A program made the position numbers and the translations under genes. Positions 36,751-49,008 of a stretch of DNA of 64,000 nt are shown here, one piece after another. The first letter of the stretch is position 1. Each line of letters opens with the position of its first letter. Source of the DNA: Camelus dromedarius (Eukaryota); contig NC_087451.1 in assembly GCF_036321535.1 (NCBI RefSeq), forward strand, positions 42,842,001 to 42,906,000. Direction: 5' to 3'. The notes beneath the pieces are model-generated. The model was not told the origin of the DNA. It made no database searches and saw only the letters and a program-made list of their open reading frames with translations.

Positions 36751-39643
36751 ATGGAGGGGCAGAGCGGCCGCTGCAAGATCGTGGTGGTGGGGGACGCGGA
36801 GTGCGGCAAGACAGCGTTGCTGCAGGTGTTCGCCAAGGACGCCTACCCCGGGGTGAGGGACCGGTGTCTTGAGAGTGGGGCTCTGAGGCCACGGGGGACT
36901 GTGACTGGAGCTTGGGGGACGGACGGAAATGGGTGCTGGGGTGATCAGGGACGAGAGGGGCTTGGAGGACTGAGAGAGGCGATGGGGTTTCTGGAAGGAC
37001 TGCAGAGGATTGGGGTGAGAAGAATAGGGGAGCAGGATTAGGTGAATGGGGTTTGGGAGAACCAGAGGATCCCGGAGAGGGCTCTAGGATAATGTCGGGG
37101 GTCCTGTGCATTGGAGAGGGGAAGAGCTAGGGCCTGGAGGGGTCAAGAGGGGGTCCGGGAGCCTAGCAGAGATTCTGCTGAGGAAGCCGCTCCCGGGATC
37201 TCCCAGTTGCCCAACACCAGACCAACTTGTGTCCTGGGGCTGGGCTGCACGGGGTATGGGAGTAAGGAAGGCATTTGTCTGGGGTGAGGAACTGNNNNNN
37301 NNNNNNNNNNNNNNNNNNNNNNNNNNNNNNNNNNNNNNNNNNNNNNNNNNNNNNNNNNNNNNNNNNNNNNNNNNNNNNNNNNNNNNNNNNNNNNNNNNNN
37401 NNNNNNNNNNNNNNNNNNNNNNNNNNCCTCGGGGTCACCCTGACTTCCCAGGTCCCCATTCCGAGCCCTCCGTGGGCTAGACCCTTAGGTTCCAGCTCAG
37501 CCCAGTCCATCCATCCAATTCTAGGAGGAAGGAAAATCAATGTTCTGCTTAAAGGCAGGGAAACTGAGGCAGAGCTTTCAAAGACATATGGAAACCTTGT
37601 CCTGAGGCAGAAAGCCCAGTAACCGATTTCCGCAGCTGGGTTCTGCCTACCTGGGAAAGTTGGGAAGGAATGGCTTTTATTTTGGAACATGTTTCTTAGG
37701 AGATAGAACTGGGTTTAGGAAAGACATTTGGAATTTCTTTGGGGGCTAGGGAACTGCTTCTCAAGACTGAACTATAGAAATCTGAGATCAGTTCCCAAGA
37801 GGGCGGGAGAACTCTGCCTCTGCCCCTCCCCCTCCTCCAAAAAAAGGAGGGTTTTTTGTTTTTTTTTTTAATTTTTACTTGGCTCCCCTGGAGGGCTTTA
37901 GAAGATGTCTGTCAAAGCTCAGAAAGTACATGCAAAATTTTGTGAGAATGTTGAGAGATTTCATGAGCCTCTCAAAGGCTCAAGGAAGAATGATTACTTT
38001 CAGAGTACCCCCTAGGGAAGTGGAGAGCTGTTTTCTGCCATCTAACCTCCCTTTTGTTTGCTCACCTCCTTGGAGAAATACAGCTCTTTTCCATTCTCTG
38101 CTCAGAATCCCTTGACCAAGATTGCTAAGATCTCCCATTCTCTTTCAGGCCTTCCATACACTCAGGACCCTTGTCTGTTCCCTCCCTCCCTGTCTTCTCT
38201 CAGGTTCCTCTTACTATGATAATGTCCGACCTCTGGCCTATCCTGATTCAGATGCTGTGCTCATCTGCTTCGACATTAGCCGACCAGAAACACTGGACAG
38301 TGTCCTCAAGAAGGTGGGAGCCTGGGGCAGTGGGACAGCTAGACTGAGAGGGACCAGAAACTATGGTCCTGACACCACATGGGCCAAGAGGAGAGAGTTA
38401 CAGCTGAGGCATGGCCATCGGCTAGAATGTGTGAAGCTCTCATCCTTCCCCATCCCCCTACCTCGCTTCCTGGAAATCAGTCGTCAGAGCTGGATGGATG
38501 TGGCATCTGGGGTAGATGGGGGACAATGGGGAGAAGTACTCAAGGGACTCCTTATTCACCCTCTCCATTGCCTTGAGTGAGGGAGCCCCAGATGGACAGG
38601 ATGGGAATGCTGCTCCTGGAGATCTGTAAAGCCCTGTGGTCTCCCCTCCTGGCCGCTATTTCCATGAGAAAAGCCCATAGTGAATGGACAGAAGTCAGCT
38701 AAGCCAGCCCCAGTTCCCGGTGCAGGGAGGGGAGGGTGGGATTGGCCTGTTCCCAGGAACAAATTTGGGAAAGAGGGTGGGAATGGGACTGTACCAGGCT
38801 GGCAGACCCTTCATGGCCACTGAGGTAGAAGCAGAGCCCCACCCTGTCACTCTCCTCCCCCTCCTTCTCCCACACCCCATCCTATTTTCAGCCCACACCC
38901 ACCAATTTCACGTCCTTGCTCACATGGGAGAGTCCAGAGGGGTGCATGGTGCTTGCATGCTGTGAGCAAGCATTCATGTACCTCCCTCTACCTCTCCATA
39001 ACTCCTGTTTTCTTCCTTCAAATAGTGGCAAGGGGNNNNNNNNNNNNNNNNNNNNNNNNNNNNNNNNNNNNNNNNNNNNNNNNNNNNNNNNNNNNNNNNN
39101 NNNNNNNNNNNNNNNNNNNNNNNNNNNNNNNNNNNNNNNNNNNNNNNNNNNNNNNNNNNNNNNNNNNNNNNNNNNNNNNNNNNAGTCCCAGCCTAGACCC
39201 CTCACCTCTGTCCATCTCAGTCTCTGATTTGAGAACCCCCCACTTGGCTCATCCTTTGCCCTGGGCTCTGACCTCTGACCTGGTCCCTTGACCGCCCCCT
39301 ATCCCCAGCCCTCAGCTTGCCTGCGCCTTGCTGAGATGCAGGCTAAGCCCTGTAACTTTCTCGGCACACTCCATTCTTCCAGGGCACCGTGCTGGCCAAG
39401 CAGGTGGGGGCCGTGTCCTATGTGGAATGCTCCTCCCGGTCCTCTGAGCGCAGTGTCAGAGATGTCTTCCACGTGGCCACAGTGGCCTCCCTTGGCCGTG
39501 GCCATAGGCAGCTGCGCCGTACTGATTCACGACGGGGAATGCAGCGATCTGCTCAGCTGGCGGGACGGCCAGACCGGGGGAACGGGAACGGGAGTGAGGG
39601 CGAGATACACAAGGATAGAGCCAAGAGCTGCAACCTCATGTGA
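36751..39643 (+). CDS. RND2: Rho-related GTP-binding protein RhoN / Rnd2, about 231 aa, CAAX CNLM
   Basis: Exon 1 36751-36852 ([34 protein letters not shown]). Exon 2 is inferred inside N-run 37295-37426. Exon 3 38204-38313. Exon 4 starts at 39026 (TGG CAA GGG, WQG) and runs into the N-run, with a predicted end near 39160. Exon 5 39383-39643 ends DRAKSCNLM*. Confidence 0.95.
37295..37426. other. N-run (132 nt) that must contain RND2 exon 2
   Basis: The switch-region exon (expected 88 nt) is not visible elsewhere between exons 1 and 3, and the phases of exons 1 and 3 require it. Confidence 0.85.
39036..39183. other. N-run (148 nt) covering most of RND2 exon 4 and its donor
   Basis: The exon starts visibly at 39026 (tag|TGGCAAGGGG) and enters the Ns. 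Confidence 0.9.
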
Positions 39644-40176
39644 GGGGCCCGGTGGGGGCAGAGTGTGAGGAAGGGAGATGAGGGCACAGCTGTCCCCCTG
39701 CTGGCCCCCGGCTTCCTGACCTCCTGACTCTGGCTGGGACTTCAGGGCTGGCGAGTGAGCAATTCTCCTGGGCAGGGAGCTGGAGGCAGAAGGGTGCCAC
39801 CATTCCCCACATCCTCATTCCGCTACTTTCCGTGGCAAGTTGAGGAGCTAGCAGGGCAGGGATCTGCACTGGGAGCTGGGATGGGGCCGGGGGCCTGGGG
39901 AAGCTGGCATCAAGCAGTGACCTTGGTTGAGTCTCAGTGTATGAAGGGTGCCTTCCCTCCCCACCTCCAGTCCTTGTGTCCTGGTCATGGCTTCCTTCCC
40001 TAAGGAAAGTATCTATTCTCTGACCTTCCCTTTCCCTCTCCTCTCACTATAGCTGTTCTCACTCATCCTAACCTTCAGGCAACAGGCATTAAATTAAAAA
40101 ACAAGTTGAGAAGCCTCTCTCCCACCTACCGCCCCAGTCCTAGTTCCCTTCCTCTCCCATCCTCCAACAGTCCCCA

Positions 40177-40182
40177 AATAAA
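40177..40182 (+). terminator. Proximal RND2 polyadenylation signal candidate
   Basis: AATAAA 0.53 kb after the stop, followed about 25 nt later by a GT/T-rich tract. Confidence 0.5.
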
Positions 40183-41059
40183 GCCCGTGTCCATGGAAAA
40201 CGGCTGTGGCTTTAGTTTTGTTGCTTTCTAGAAAGTCAATCTACCAGTCTGTAGCAGTAGGAGGGAAAGTTAGACTTTGGAAGAACTTCTCTGTTGATGC
40301 CCACAGGTGGAGCAAGGGAAAAAGCTATGGGTTGGATCAGCAGTGTCCTTTTAGGAGCCAGAGATGGGAGAGTGAGCTATCTTGGGAATATTCATCTCAG
40401 TTAATGAGCCAGACAATCCTAAAGCCGTTAAGGGGGTTTAAAGTGGACTTATGTGCAATTCATTACTCAGCCCAACTAGGGTCCCCTGCTAATGTGGGAG
40501 GGGTCCTGCTGAAGTGGTCCAGGCCCCTTGCTCACCATCTGCAGCCCTGGCTTGGAATCTGCTGGTGCCCTGGGAGTTGTGGGGGTAGGGAGGGCATCAG
40601 AAGCCTCCACATCCAGAAGCTGACCCTGTGCAGAGTGAAGTTTCCCAACAGGACAGTAGTTTGATTCTGGGGTCTCCTTGGAGGCTAGGGCAGGGACTCT
40701 CTTCTTCTTTCCATCCTGAGCTCCTTGATGATTTTGGAGGGAGCTCAAGCTGTGAGTTGAGGGTCATATCTCCCCAATCCCCTAGAGAAGGAAAGCCGGC
40801 GGAGGGGCCAGCCAGAGCACTTGTCAGGAAAGACAGTGCTGGTCTGTTTTCTCCGGAGTCTGGTTTCACATTGTCCTGTATTCCCTCTCTGGCTTTGGTC
40901 CCATTGGCCTCTTTTCGGTGACATTCTCCCCCAGGAACCATCCATGGCTCTCCCCTCCCCCAGCCCCAGCCAGTCCTTCAGACACACTCTGGGAGAGAAC
41001 ACAGAGCTTACCCTCTCATCTGCTGGGATCCCCCACTAATTCACAGCCCACCCCTCCCT

Positions 41060-41520
41060 CATTCATTCAGCAAATGTGTGCTAAGCACCAACTGTGTGCC
41101 AGACACTGGCTTGGGATTCTGAAAGGACCAGTCTGTGCTGTGGAGGCCAGCCCAGTGGGGAAGAGAGGTAGCCCAGGTGTGATGGTGCCTTGGCTGTGGG
41201 AGCTCCTTACCACCTCAGAAGTCCATCCTCCGAGCCAGGTCCTTGAGGGTTGAAGAGGAATTTGCCAGGCAGGGAAGGGTAGGAAAGGCACTCTGAGCAG
41301 AGGGTATATAGCATGTGCGAAAACGTGGAGATGAGAAAGAGCATGGCATGATTGGGGCTGCCATGGTGGGAGGGTAGAAGACAAGGATGAGAAGGTCCAG
41401 TGAGGCAATTGCAGGGCCCACAAAGGAACTGGGACTTAATTCTGAGGATGCGAGGGGGCACCAGGGATTTTAAGCAGAGAATGAAGTGACCAGATTTGGT
41501 TGTTGGATAGATAGATGGTT
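41060..41520 (-). mobile_element. L2 fragment in RND2 3' region
   Basis: cattcattcagcaaatgtgtgctaagcacc..tgtgccagacact tail and downstream L2 motifs. Boundaries are approximate. Confidence 0.6.
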
Positions 41521-42409
41521 ATCTGGATGAGGTGATGGGGGCTGGGGGTTTTGGCTCTGAGATGTCATTTAAAATAGCGTCTCACTTCCCCATGCCAGGG
41601 CCCAGTCTTGAGAGGAAAGGAAATCCCCTTACTGGCTCATCAGACATTCCTCCCTCTCCTGCACGACCCTGTCCTGGTCCATCTGGGCCAATCTCAACGA
41701 TTCTGGAACAGCTGCAAGGGCACTTTGCACCCAACCCTCTTAAAGTGAGACCTGGTTAGGGCCTGACTCCAAGACCCTCTGCAAGGACCCTGAGTCCTGG
41801 ATTGAGGTGCTGGAGAGGGTTGGGGCCCTGCTAGGTGGATTTCAGTCTGGGCCCAGAGGATTGACCCCTCCCTGACCAGACCTGCCATACAATTGTCGTG
41901 GGATTTTTGGCTGTGGCTTCTCATCTCCACTTTGGACTTTGGTACAAAGCTGGCTCAAGCCTGTAGCCGCCAAAGTACAGACTGTTTATGCCCCCCTTTC
42001 TCCCAACCTCCCTCTCCTGCCGTGCTCAGGGAATGGAAATGCTTTTCAATATCCGCCTAAAGCAAACATAATTAGGAAGATAAATCAACTGGAGGAACCC
42101 CCAAAGTTTAATACATTTCCAGTACCACCAGGAACAGATTTTGGTCCCCTCTGCAGGTCTGGGTTGCCAGACGTTTTATTTCTAGAGAGGGGGCCATGCC
42201 TCTGGGCTGAGGAACCCAAAGGGTGAGAGGAGGGAATGAGGTTGTTCCTAGATTTTCTTAAAGGCCCCTGCAGGCTGGAAGAAGGGGACCTTTCCCCCGC
42301 CCCCACCCCAGATGCAGGAGTCAGACCCAGCTTCCTCCTCTGCAGCTGTTTCCCCCACAAATTAGACACTCATTTGGGAAACAATGTAGCCTCGTTAATC
42401 ATTTAATGA

Positions 42410-42415
42410 AATAAA
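42410..42415 (+). terminator. Distal RND2 polyadenylation signal candidate
   Basis: AATAAA in an AT-rich, conserved-looking block, followed by TGTG/TGTTT elements, 2.8 kb after the stop. Confidence 0.55.
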
Positions 42416-45174
42416 CAACTAATCAAGCTGTGATGCTGTCAGTGTTTCTTAACCTCAGCTATCAGCCTGCCCTGGAGGGAGGAGGGGGAAGGAAGGGATG
42501 GGGTAGGGGCAGGGATTTGGTCTAACCCCCTGAAATGAGTCAGCTAACCCAGGGTCATCCCCTTGTGACTCCAGCCTTTCCAAGAAGGACAGTCATGAAA
42601 AGCGCTTGAGATTTGGAGGCAGAGGTCCAAGGGCTTGGGGCCCAGCCCCGCTGCTTCCTCCCTGGGAGCCTTCAGTGAGAACCTGCACCCATCTGAACCT
42701 CAGTTTTCATGCTTGGAAGTGGGAGCTGATTGCCATACGTGCCTGGTATTTTGAAGAAAATTCAGGAAGGAGAAAGGATGGAGAAAAGTTGTTTGACCCT
42801 TTAAAGGGGGCTGAACTGCTGTCAACCTTTATTCTTTACCACTTAGTTGTCCAAGCTTGAGTGCCTCTGAACTGGGCCTGAGGGAATCAGGAAAGGCTTC
42901 CTGACTGGGGCTTCTTGTGCTGGGATTCAAAGACCAAAGGAAGGCCACAAGACAGGCAGGGGGAGGTCAGGCGTCTCATCCCTGAACCTATCCTGAGGGC
43001 CAGAGAGAGCTTTAGTGACTCCTCCAAGGGCTGACGTCCTTTTGTCTCCATTTTTCTGAACTCCCCCATTACCTTTTCTGAAGTCAGGGAGGTGGGGAGG
43101 GTCCCATGTTGCCATAGTGGCCCCACCCCAGATATACTCAGGCTGGTCCTGCAGGCTGAGGGAGGTGGGAGGAAGGAGTCGTGTCCTTGAGGTTCCCTGT
43201 GGACACCAAGACCCTGGCAGGAAATCCTGGCAGAGCTCTCCCCTGCTCCACTCTGCTTCCCCAAGTAAGGGGTTGAGCTCTTCTGAGTATCTCTCCTTCC
43301 CTCTCTGCCAACAAAGGAGTTTCTTCTACCCAGTGCAGCCCCTCTCTTCACTTCCCCCTTCCAGCTTGTTTCCCAGGTCTCTCTCCATTTCTCACCAGTT
43401 GTTTCTCATCAGTCCCTTACTCCCTCTCCTCGAGGCTGGGGGTGAGGGTCAGAGAAAAGGGAGGCTCCAGGTCCAGGCGTGTGGGGTGATTCCCAGCAGC
43501 TACCCTGCCAGCAGCCAGAGAGGCAAGAGCACGTACATAAGTGCCCCTCCCCCCACGAAAATGCCTCTGCTGTTGACTCCTAAATAACAGATGTCTGTCT
43601 ACATATTAATGAGATTGGACGAATAATTAGTGAGTTTTTCATTCAGTGTCAGAATGAACCTGAAGGCCTTATGTTCACACACAGACACCCACTCACCCCG
43701 ACTCTCCCCTTCCCCCAGAGCACAATGAGACAGACACAGATGCTGGCAGGCTTGACCCAGAAAGGGGAGGGGCAGACAGGGAAGTGGGAGGGGGCGTCGG
43801 CGGGCGGGAGACCTCCCCGGTCTGGCTCTGGGTCTGTCAGTTTTCTCCCTCTTGATGGCTGTCTCCCCGGCCCCCGCAGGGCCAAACACTTGCATTTGTG
43901 AGATTTCATCACCGTGAAGAAGGGGCCCAGAGGAAGGTGGGAGCATGAAGGTGGAGATGGGGAGGCAGGCCCTGCCCAGAGGGGATCGACTAAGCAGTGG
44001 CCTCCTTCAGCAAGGCTGTGCCTCCCATGAGCCTGGAATCATGGGCCCCCTTACCCAGCTTTAGGCCCCTGTGCCAGGATGTCAGGGAGATTTTGGAGTC
44101 AGATAGCTGCCGTTTGCCAGCTGGGTGCTCTTGTACAAATTACCCAACCTCTCTGAGCCTCTCATTCTCCTGTCTCTAAGAATACTACCTTGCAAGACTG
44201 AAAGGACAAAGTGAAATCAAGTGTGTCATGTCTGTCTCAGTGCCTGCTTTATAATAGCCCCACCCCAACATGTGTTCTCCCTCCACCTATCCCCCAAACA
44301 CATCAAGACAGTTTCAAAATTGCTGCCTCTTCTGCCAGACTCACCCTCGTTAGGGCAGGGGTTAATTAGAAGTTTAGTAATTATCCTGGCTGCCTAGAAA
44401 CCAGGAGGAAAAAATACAGAGGGGGTAGAACAGAGGAAGAGATTAGATAGACACAGGAGGGAGAATTGATGGAATCCAAGGCCTGGAACAGAAGGAGAGA
44501 GACCACAGATACATAGAGCCACAAGCTGGGAATGGAGAAGGCATTGCAGGCCAGTGGAATGAACCCTGGAATGAGTCTAGAATCTAGACTGGAGATTCTA
44601 GAAGCCAGAGCTGTGTCATGAACTCAGTATGACCTTTGCAAGTCTCATCCCTTCTTAGCATCTTAGTCTCCTCACCTGTTAAATGAGGGAGTTGATTTGC
44701 TCTCTGGGTTCCTTCTCATTGTATGAGAACAGGAGGCCTGGGGCCTAGGGGAGCAGGGGAGGGGAGGGGAGGGGAGGCCGGCTGCCCCCGCCCCATTACT
44801 ATGGCCCATCAATCACTCTTCTCTGTCTCCTCTCTCCCTTGGTAAATGGATCTGCTGCGCCAGCAGACAACTGTCCATTGTGTCCTAATGAGGGACGAGC
44901 AGGGAAAACCAATCACTTATGATGCAAATGAGCGACGGCTGCAGCCTCCTCGCTTTCACTGAGTGCCTCTCTTCTGGCCAGACCCTGGCGCTGCCCCAGT
45001 TGGGCCTTTCTCCCCGGCCCCGGTTCCCATCTGGTCCTGGAGGAGGAGGGCCAGGCCTAGACTGGCCTTCCCATTGTCACTCACTGCCACTCCCTGCAAG
45101 GAGGCTCTACCCTCAGAGCCTCAGAAAGGCCCAGCTTCTCTCCTCACCCCAAAGAGCTCCCAGGGCAGCTCAGT

Positions 45175-45283
45175 TTTTGTTTTTAATTAAGGTGAAATTC
45201 ATATAGCATACAATTAGCCATTTTAAGGTGTACAATTCCCTGGCGGTTAGTGCATTCATTCTGTTGTGCCACCAGCACCTCTC
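45175..45283 (-). mobile_element. Old L1M 3' end fragment
   Basis: ttttaattaaggtgaaattcatatagcatacaattagccattttaaggtgtacaattc.., an L1MB-type terminus. Confidence 0.65.
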
Positions 45284-46947
45284 TGGGCTCAAGTGTTATG
45301 CCCCCTGCCCATCTCCATGTCCCACAAGCTCCAGTGGAACTGGGAAGCTGTGAGCCCTCAGCAAAGCACTGAGAGGGGACTGGGGGTGGGTGCTGGGCTA
45401 AAGGCTGAGAAAACCCCAGAGCTGGCCTGGGTTGAAGAGGACAGGTCCTGTGCTTTAGGATGGAGCCAGGGGAGAAACTGTCTTGGGTGGGATAGGATAG
45501 ACCATCACTACCTTCCCCAGCACAGCCTTGTGGTCACATCTTTAGGAAATGGCCTTTTGAATTCCTATGGAGATTCTTTATCTTAATTCTTCTAGCATTT
45601 GGTTAAAAACCAGAGGCCACTCTAGTGCAAATCTTGGCTTTCAGAGCCTCTTTGGGCTTGGGGATGATCCCACCAGCAGACTTCTTACCTTGGCACCTGA
45701 AGAGGACCCTGAGACTGCCCCCAAAGCCCTTTGGCTCCAGGAGAGACCTCTCCTCACCAGGCCCCAGGCTTTACTCACCAAGGGAAGATTTTCTATCCAC
45801 TTGGCACTAGTTTATTGCAGGGTCCTGTAGCCTAACAGCTGGGAAGAGCCACATAGTTTGTAATTTGAGTTTCTCTTGCCATTTGGTTTTGTATTGTTTT
45901 CAAGAGAAGATGGCAAACATCTGCTTACCTGTGTGTCTGTTACCTTCAGAGTCACCTTTTCCCTCCATAATCTAGGACATGTGGTAATGCTTTAAATAAA
46001 AACAAAAACTCGTCTGGCATTAACCAGTACCAGCTGCTGCAGCATTACAGAGAAAAAATCTACAGGGTTACAAACTTTCTTTTATCTTCCCTGGCCCTTA
46101 CCCCCACTCACCTGGAGTTCACATTCTGTGTCTCTCAGATAAAGAACCCAGGCAACATGAGAGCATTTTCAACTGTGTTCTTATGAAGAGGGAGTCTTAG
46201 GCTAGCCAGTTCCAGGTCTGCCACCAATTTACCAGGTGACCTTTGACAAGGCTCTAGACCTTGGTTTTACCACCTATAAAATGGGGATAACAATCTCTAC
46301 CCTAGTCATCTCCCAGGGAGTGAGCGAGGAGGGTGAAATAATGGTTGTGTCAGTGCTTTGAACTTGCAAGGAGATTCTCATGAACATCCTAATTATTTCT
46401 CCAGCGATGGTGGCAGCCATGCAGTTTATCTGTCTTGAGCATCCAGCCTAGAGGTGGCCCTGCTGGAGGACACATGGAGAGGGGAAACTGACGTTCTCTG
46501 TCTAGGTGGGTGTTGGTTTGATTCATCACAAGGCAGTAGGCTTTATGATCGGCAAGAGAATCAAGAAGGAAATCTGTAGGCATGGGCTTAGAAGAGGAAG
46601 AATGATTCTCGGACATTTAGATTCTAATACCATTTTTGGAGTAAAGTCAGTTTCTATAAAAATGGGTACGAGGGACTGAAGGGAATTAGCACTCTCTGGC
46701 AGAATGTGGCTGGTTTTCCAGAGTCTAAAGTTCTGAGGATGGGGCCAGCAGTTGGATAAGGCCTTCACTCAATAAGTTCATTACATTCATCTTTTAACCC
46801 ATTCATTTAGCAAATACTCATTGGGTACCTAACAAGGTATCTGCCAGGAATAGAGCTGGGTTATAACAAAGATAAAATGATACTAATCCTGCTCATGAGG
46901 ACCTTCTAGTCAAATAGAGAAAATGGAATAGGTACACAAATAACTTA

Positions 46948-46991
46948 TTTATTTATTTTTTTAACTTTTTTTTATTGAGTTATAGTCAGTT
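46948..46991 (-). mobile_element. 44-bp extreme 5'-truncated L1 tail with perfect 13-bp TSD
   Basis: CACAAATAACTTA at 46935-46947 and 46992-47004 flanks ..tttattgagttatagtcagtt, the L1 3' terminus. Confidence 0.85.
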
Positions 46992-47439
46992 CACAAATAA
47001 CTTACTAAAGGAAGAAAGTGTCATAAATAAGGCAGAACTTTTAGGGAGATTCTGGCCTGGAAGCAGTGGGGAAGGCTCTGTGGAGGAGGTGGGGTGGGCA
47101 GTATTTGGGCGTGTGAAGGTGGCAGAACAGGACTGACTGCGGACAAGACAGAGTGTGAGCAAAACCTCTGGGTCCCCATATTTGTTGGCCATGGTGCCAG
47201 AAAGGTAACAGCAGGTGAGGCAGTGGAGAGGTTCGGTTTTGGCTTGTGATGTACAGTCTGGAGACTGGGTGGGTCAGAGAAATGGATCCTTAGAAGACTC
47301 TCCCAATTCTTCTTTCTGGATCAGGTGCTCCTTCCCTCAGTTCTGCCAGATGGGGGTTCTTACCTGGTCTTCTGGAATCTCCTGGCTTCTCACCTGGCCA
47401 AATCCTACCCTAACTCCAAGGGCCAGCTGAGATGCTTCA

Positions 47440-47706
47440 CCCCTTACACTAAGCCAGTGGTTCTCAAACTTGAACTTGCTTCTGAATCACAGATTGCTGC
47501 CCCTACACTCAGTTTTTCATTTAGTAGGTCTGAAGTGAGGTCCTGGAATTTGCTATCTTAACAAGTTCCTAGATGTTGTTACCCCACACCCATTCCCCGT
47601 CAGGAGACCAGGGTTTGAGAATCACATTAAATTACATGTCAAACTGCCTTATCATTCTAGTCCTGAAACTAGGTCTCAAAGCTCTTGTTGCCAGTCCCCA
47701 TAATGT
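47440..47706 (+). repeat. MER5-like element plus flanks, duplicated (partner 48788-49008)
   Basis: CAGTGGTTCTCAAA...TTTGAGAATCAC hAT-type ends. Flanking sequence on both sides is shared with the second copy. Confidence 0.8.
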
Positions 47707-48787
47707 GGAGATGTGAGGTGCCCCCACGGCAGGCAGAACCAGACCCCACCACCCAGCCCCAAAAGACTTCTGAACCAGAAACACGACCCTACAATGGTTA
47801 TCTGTGGCTCTCTTACCCCATCCATTGGATAGTAAGCAATTCAAAGGCCAGAAATGGATCTCTTCTCCCTCCTTTCCACAACCCTAGCACACAGAGTCTA
47901 CCACAGAACCAGGCACGTAGTCACCCCTCAATCGTTAACCTTATTGTTATTGTTTCCGAGGACTGGTTCCCAGCACAATTTAGCCTCAAACAAATCTTTG
48001 TTTGAATCAAGGCTTTGCCACTTCCCTTTGTGGGGCAAATTCCTTGACCTCTCAAAGTGGCATTTTCCTCATTTGTATGTTGGGAATAGTGCGTGGCACT
48101 TAGTAGGAGAGTGACTAGTGACAGTCTTACTGTTGTCGTTGCTCCTGAGAGCTAGCAAGATCAGAGGGTCTCACAACCCAGAGCTGGGTCCCCATTTTTC
48201 TTCCTTTTTACTGAGTCATCTTCTCTTCCCACCTGCCTGTTTTGTCCTCCTCGGGCATCTCCTGTCACCACTCTGTCTCCCTGCCTCTCCAAGCCAGCTT
48301 TCTCTTCCCCCCTGAGAGCCTGCTGGTGGCCGAATCTCACTGGGTAAGGGCTGTCTGTGCCCTGATCTCCATCAGTCAATAAAGATAAATTACAAAATCA
48401 TTTGTTTTATTTGTTCTCATTACCTGGAGGTCTGTCTGAAATTGCCTTTCTTTAGAAAGCCACATTTGCATATCTCGATGCTGGAGTCAAAGGCTGTAGC
48501 TGTGGTTTCACTGCAATTTAAATATTAATAAAACCTCCTAAACCTCTAGCTGTTGTTTTAAGCAGTCTGGCTCTTCTGCTCCTAGGTTGCTAATATAATT
48601 TAATCTTTGTCCTTTGCTTTGTATTTGTTTAAAGGGCCATTTTGGAACCAACTAAAGCCAGCTGCTGCAACTTTGTAGATAAGAACCACTCACCAGCCCA
48701 GGAACCTTAGCTTTCCTTAACAGGCCTAAGATCCACCTCTTCTGGAGACAAAATATACCATAGGTAACATTTTATACCAATTGACAG

Positions 48788-49008
48788 CCCCTTACAGTAA
48801 ACCAGTGGTTCTCAAACCTAAGCTTGCTTCAGAATCACAGAATTGGCTCTTCCTGGAATTTGCATATCTAACATTTACCCCTCCCTCATTCCCCATCAGG
48901 GAGGGGACCAGGGTTTGAGAATCACTCCCCTAACCTGCTGCATGTTAAACTGCCTAATCATTCTGAAACCAGGTCTCCAGAGTTCTTGTTTGCTGGTGGC
49001 CATAATGT
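48788..49008 (+). repeat. MER5-like element plus flanks, internally deleted duplicate (partner 47440-47706)
   Basis: Same ends and flanks as 47440-47706, with about 45 bp missing internally. Confidence 0.8.

Noticed and set aside
36272-37111. ORFs of 150-197 aa around the RND2 promoter
   Set aside because: GC-rich shadows; only 36751-36852 is supported by homology and splice signals.
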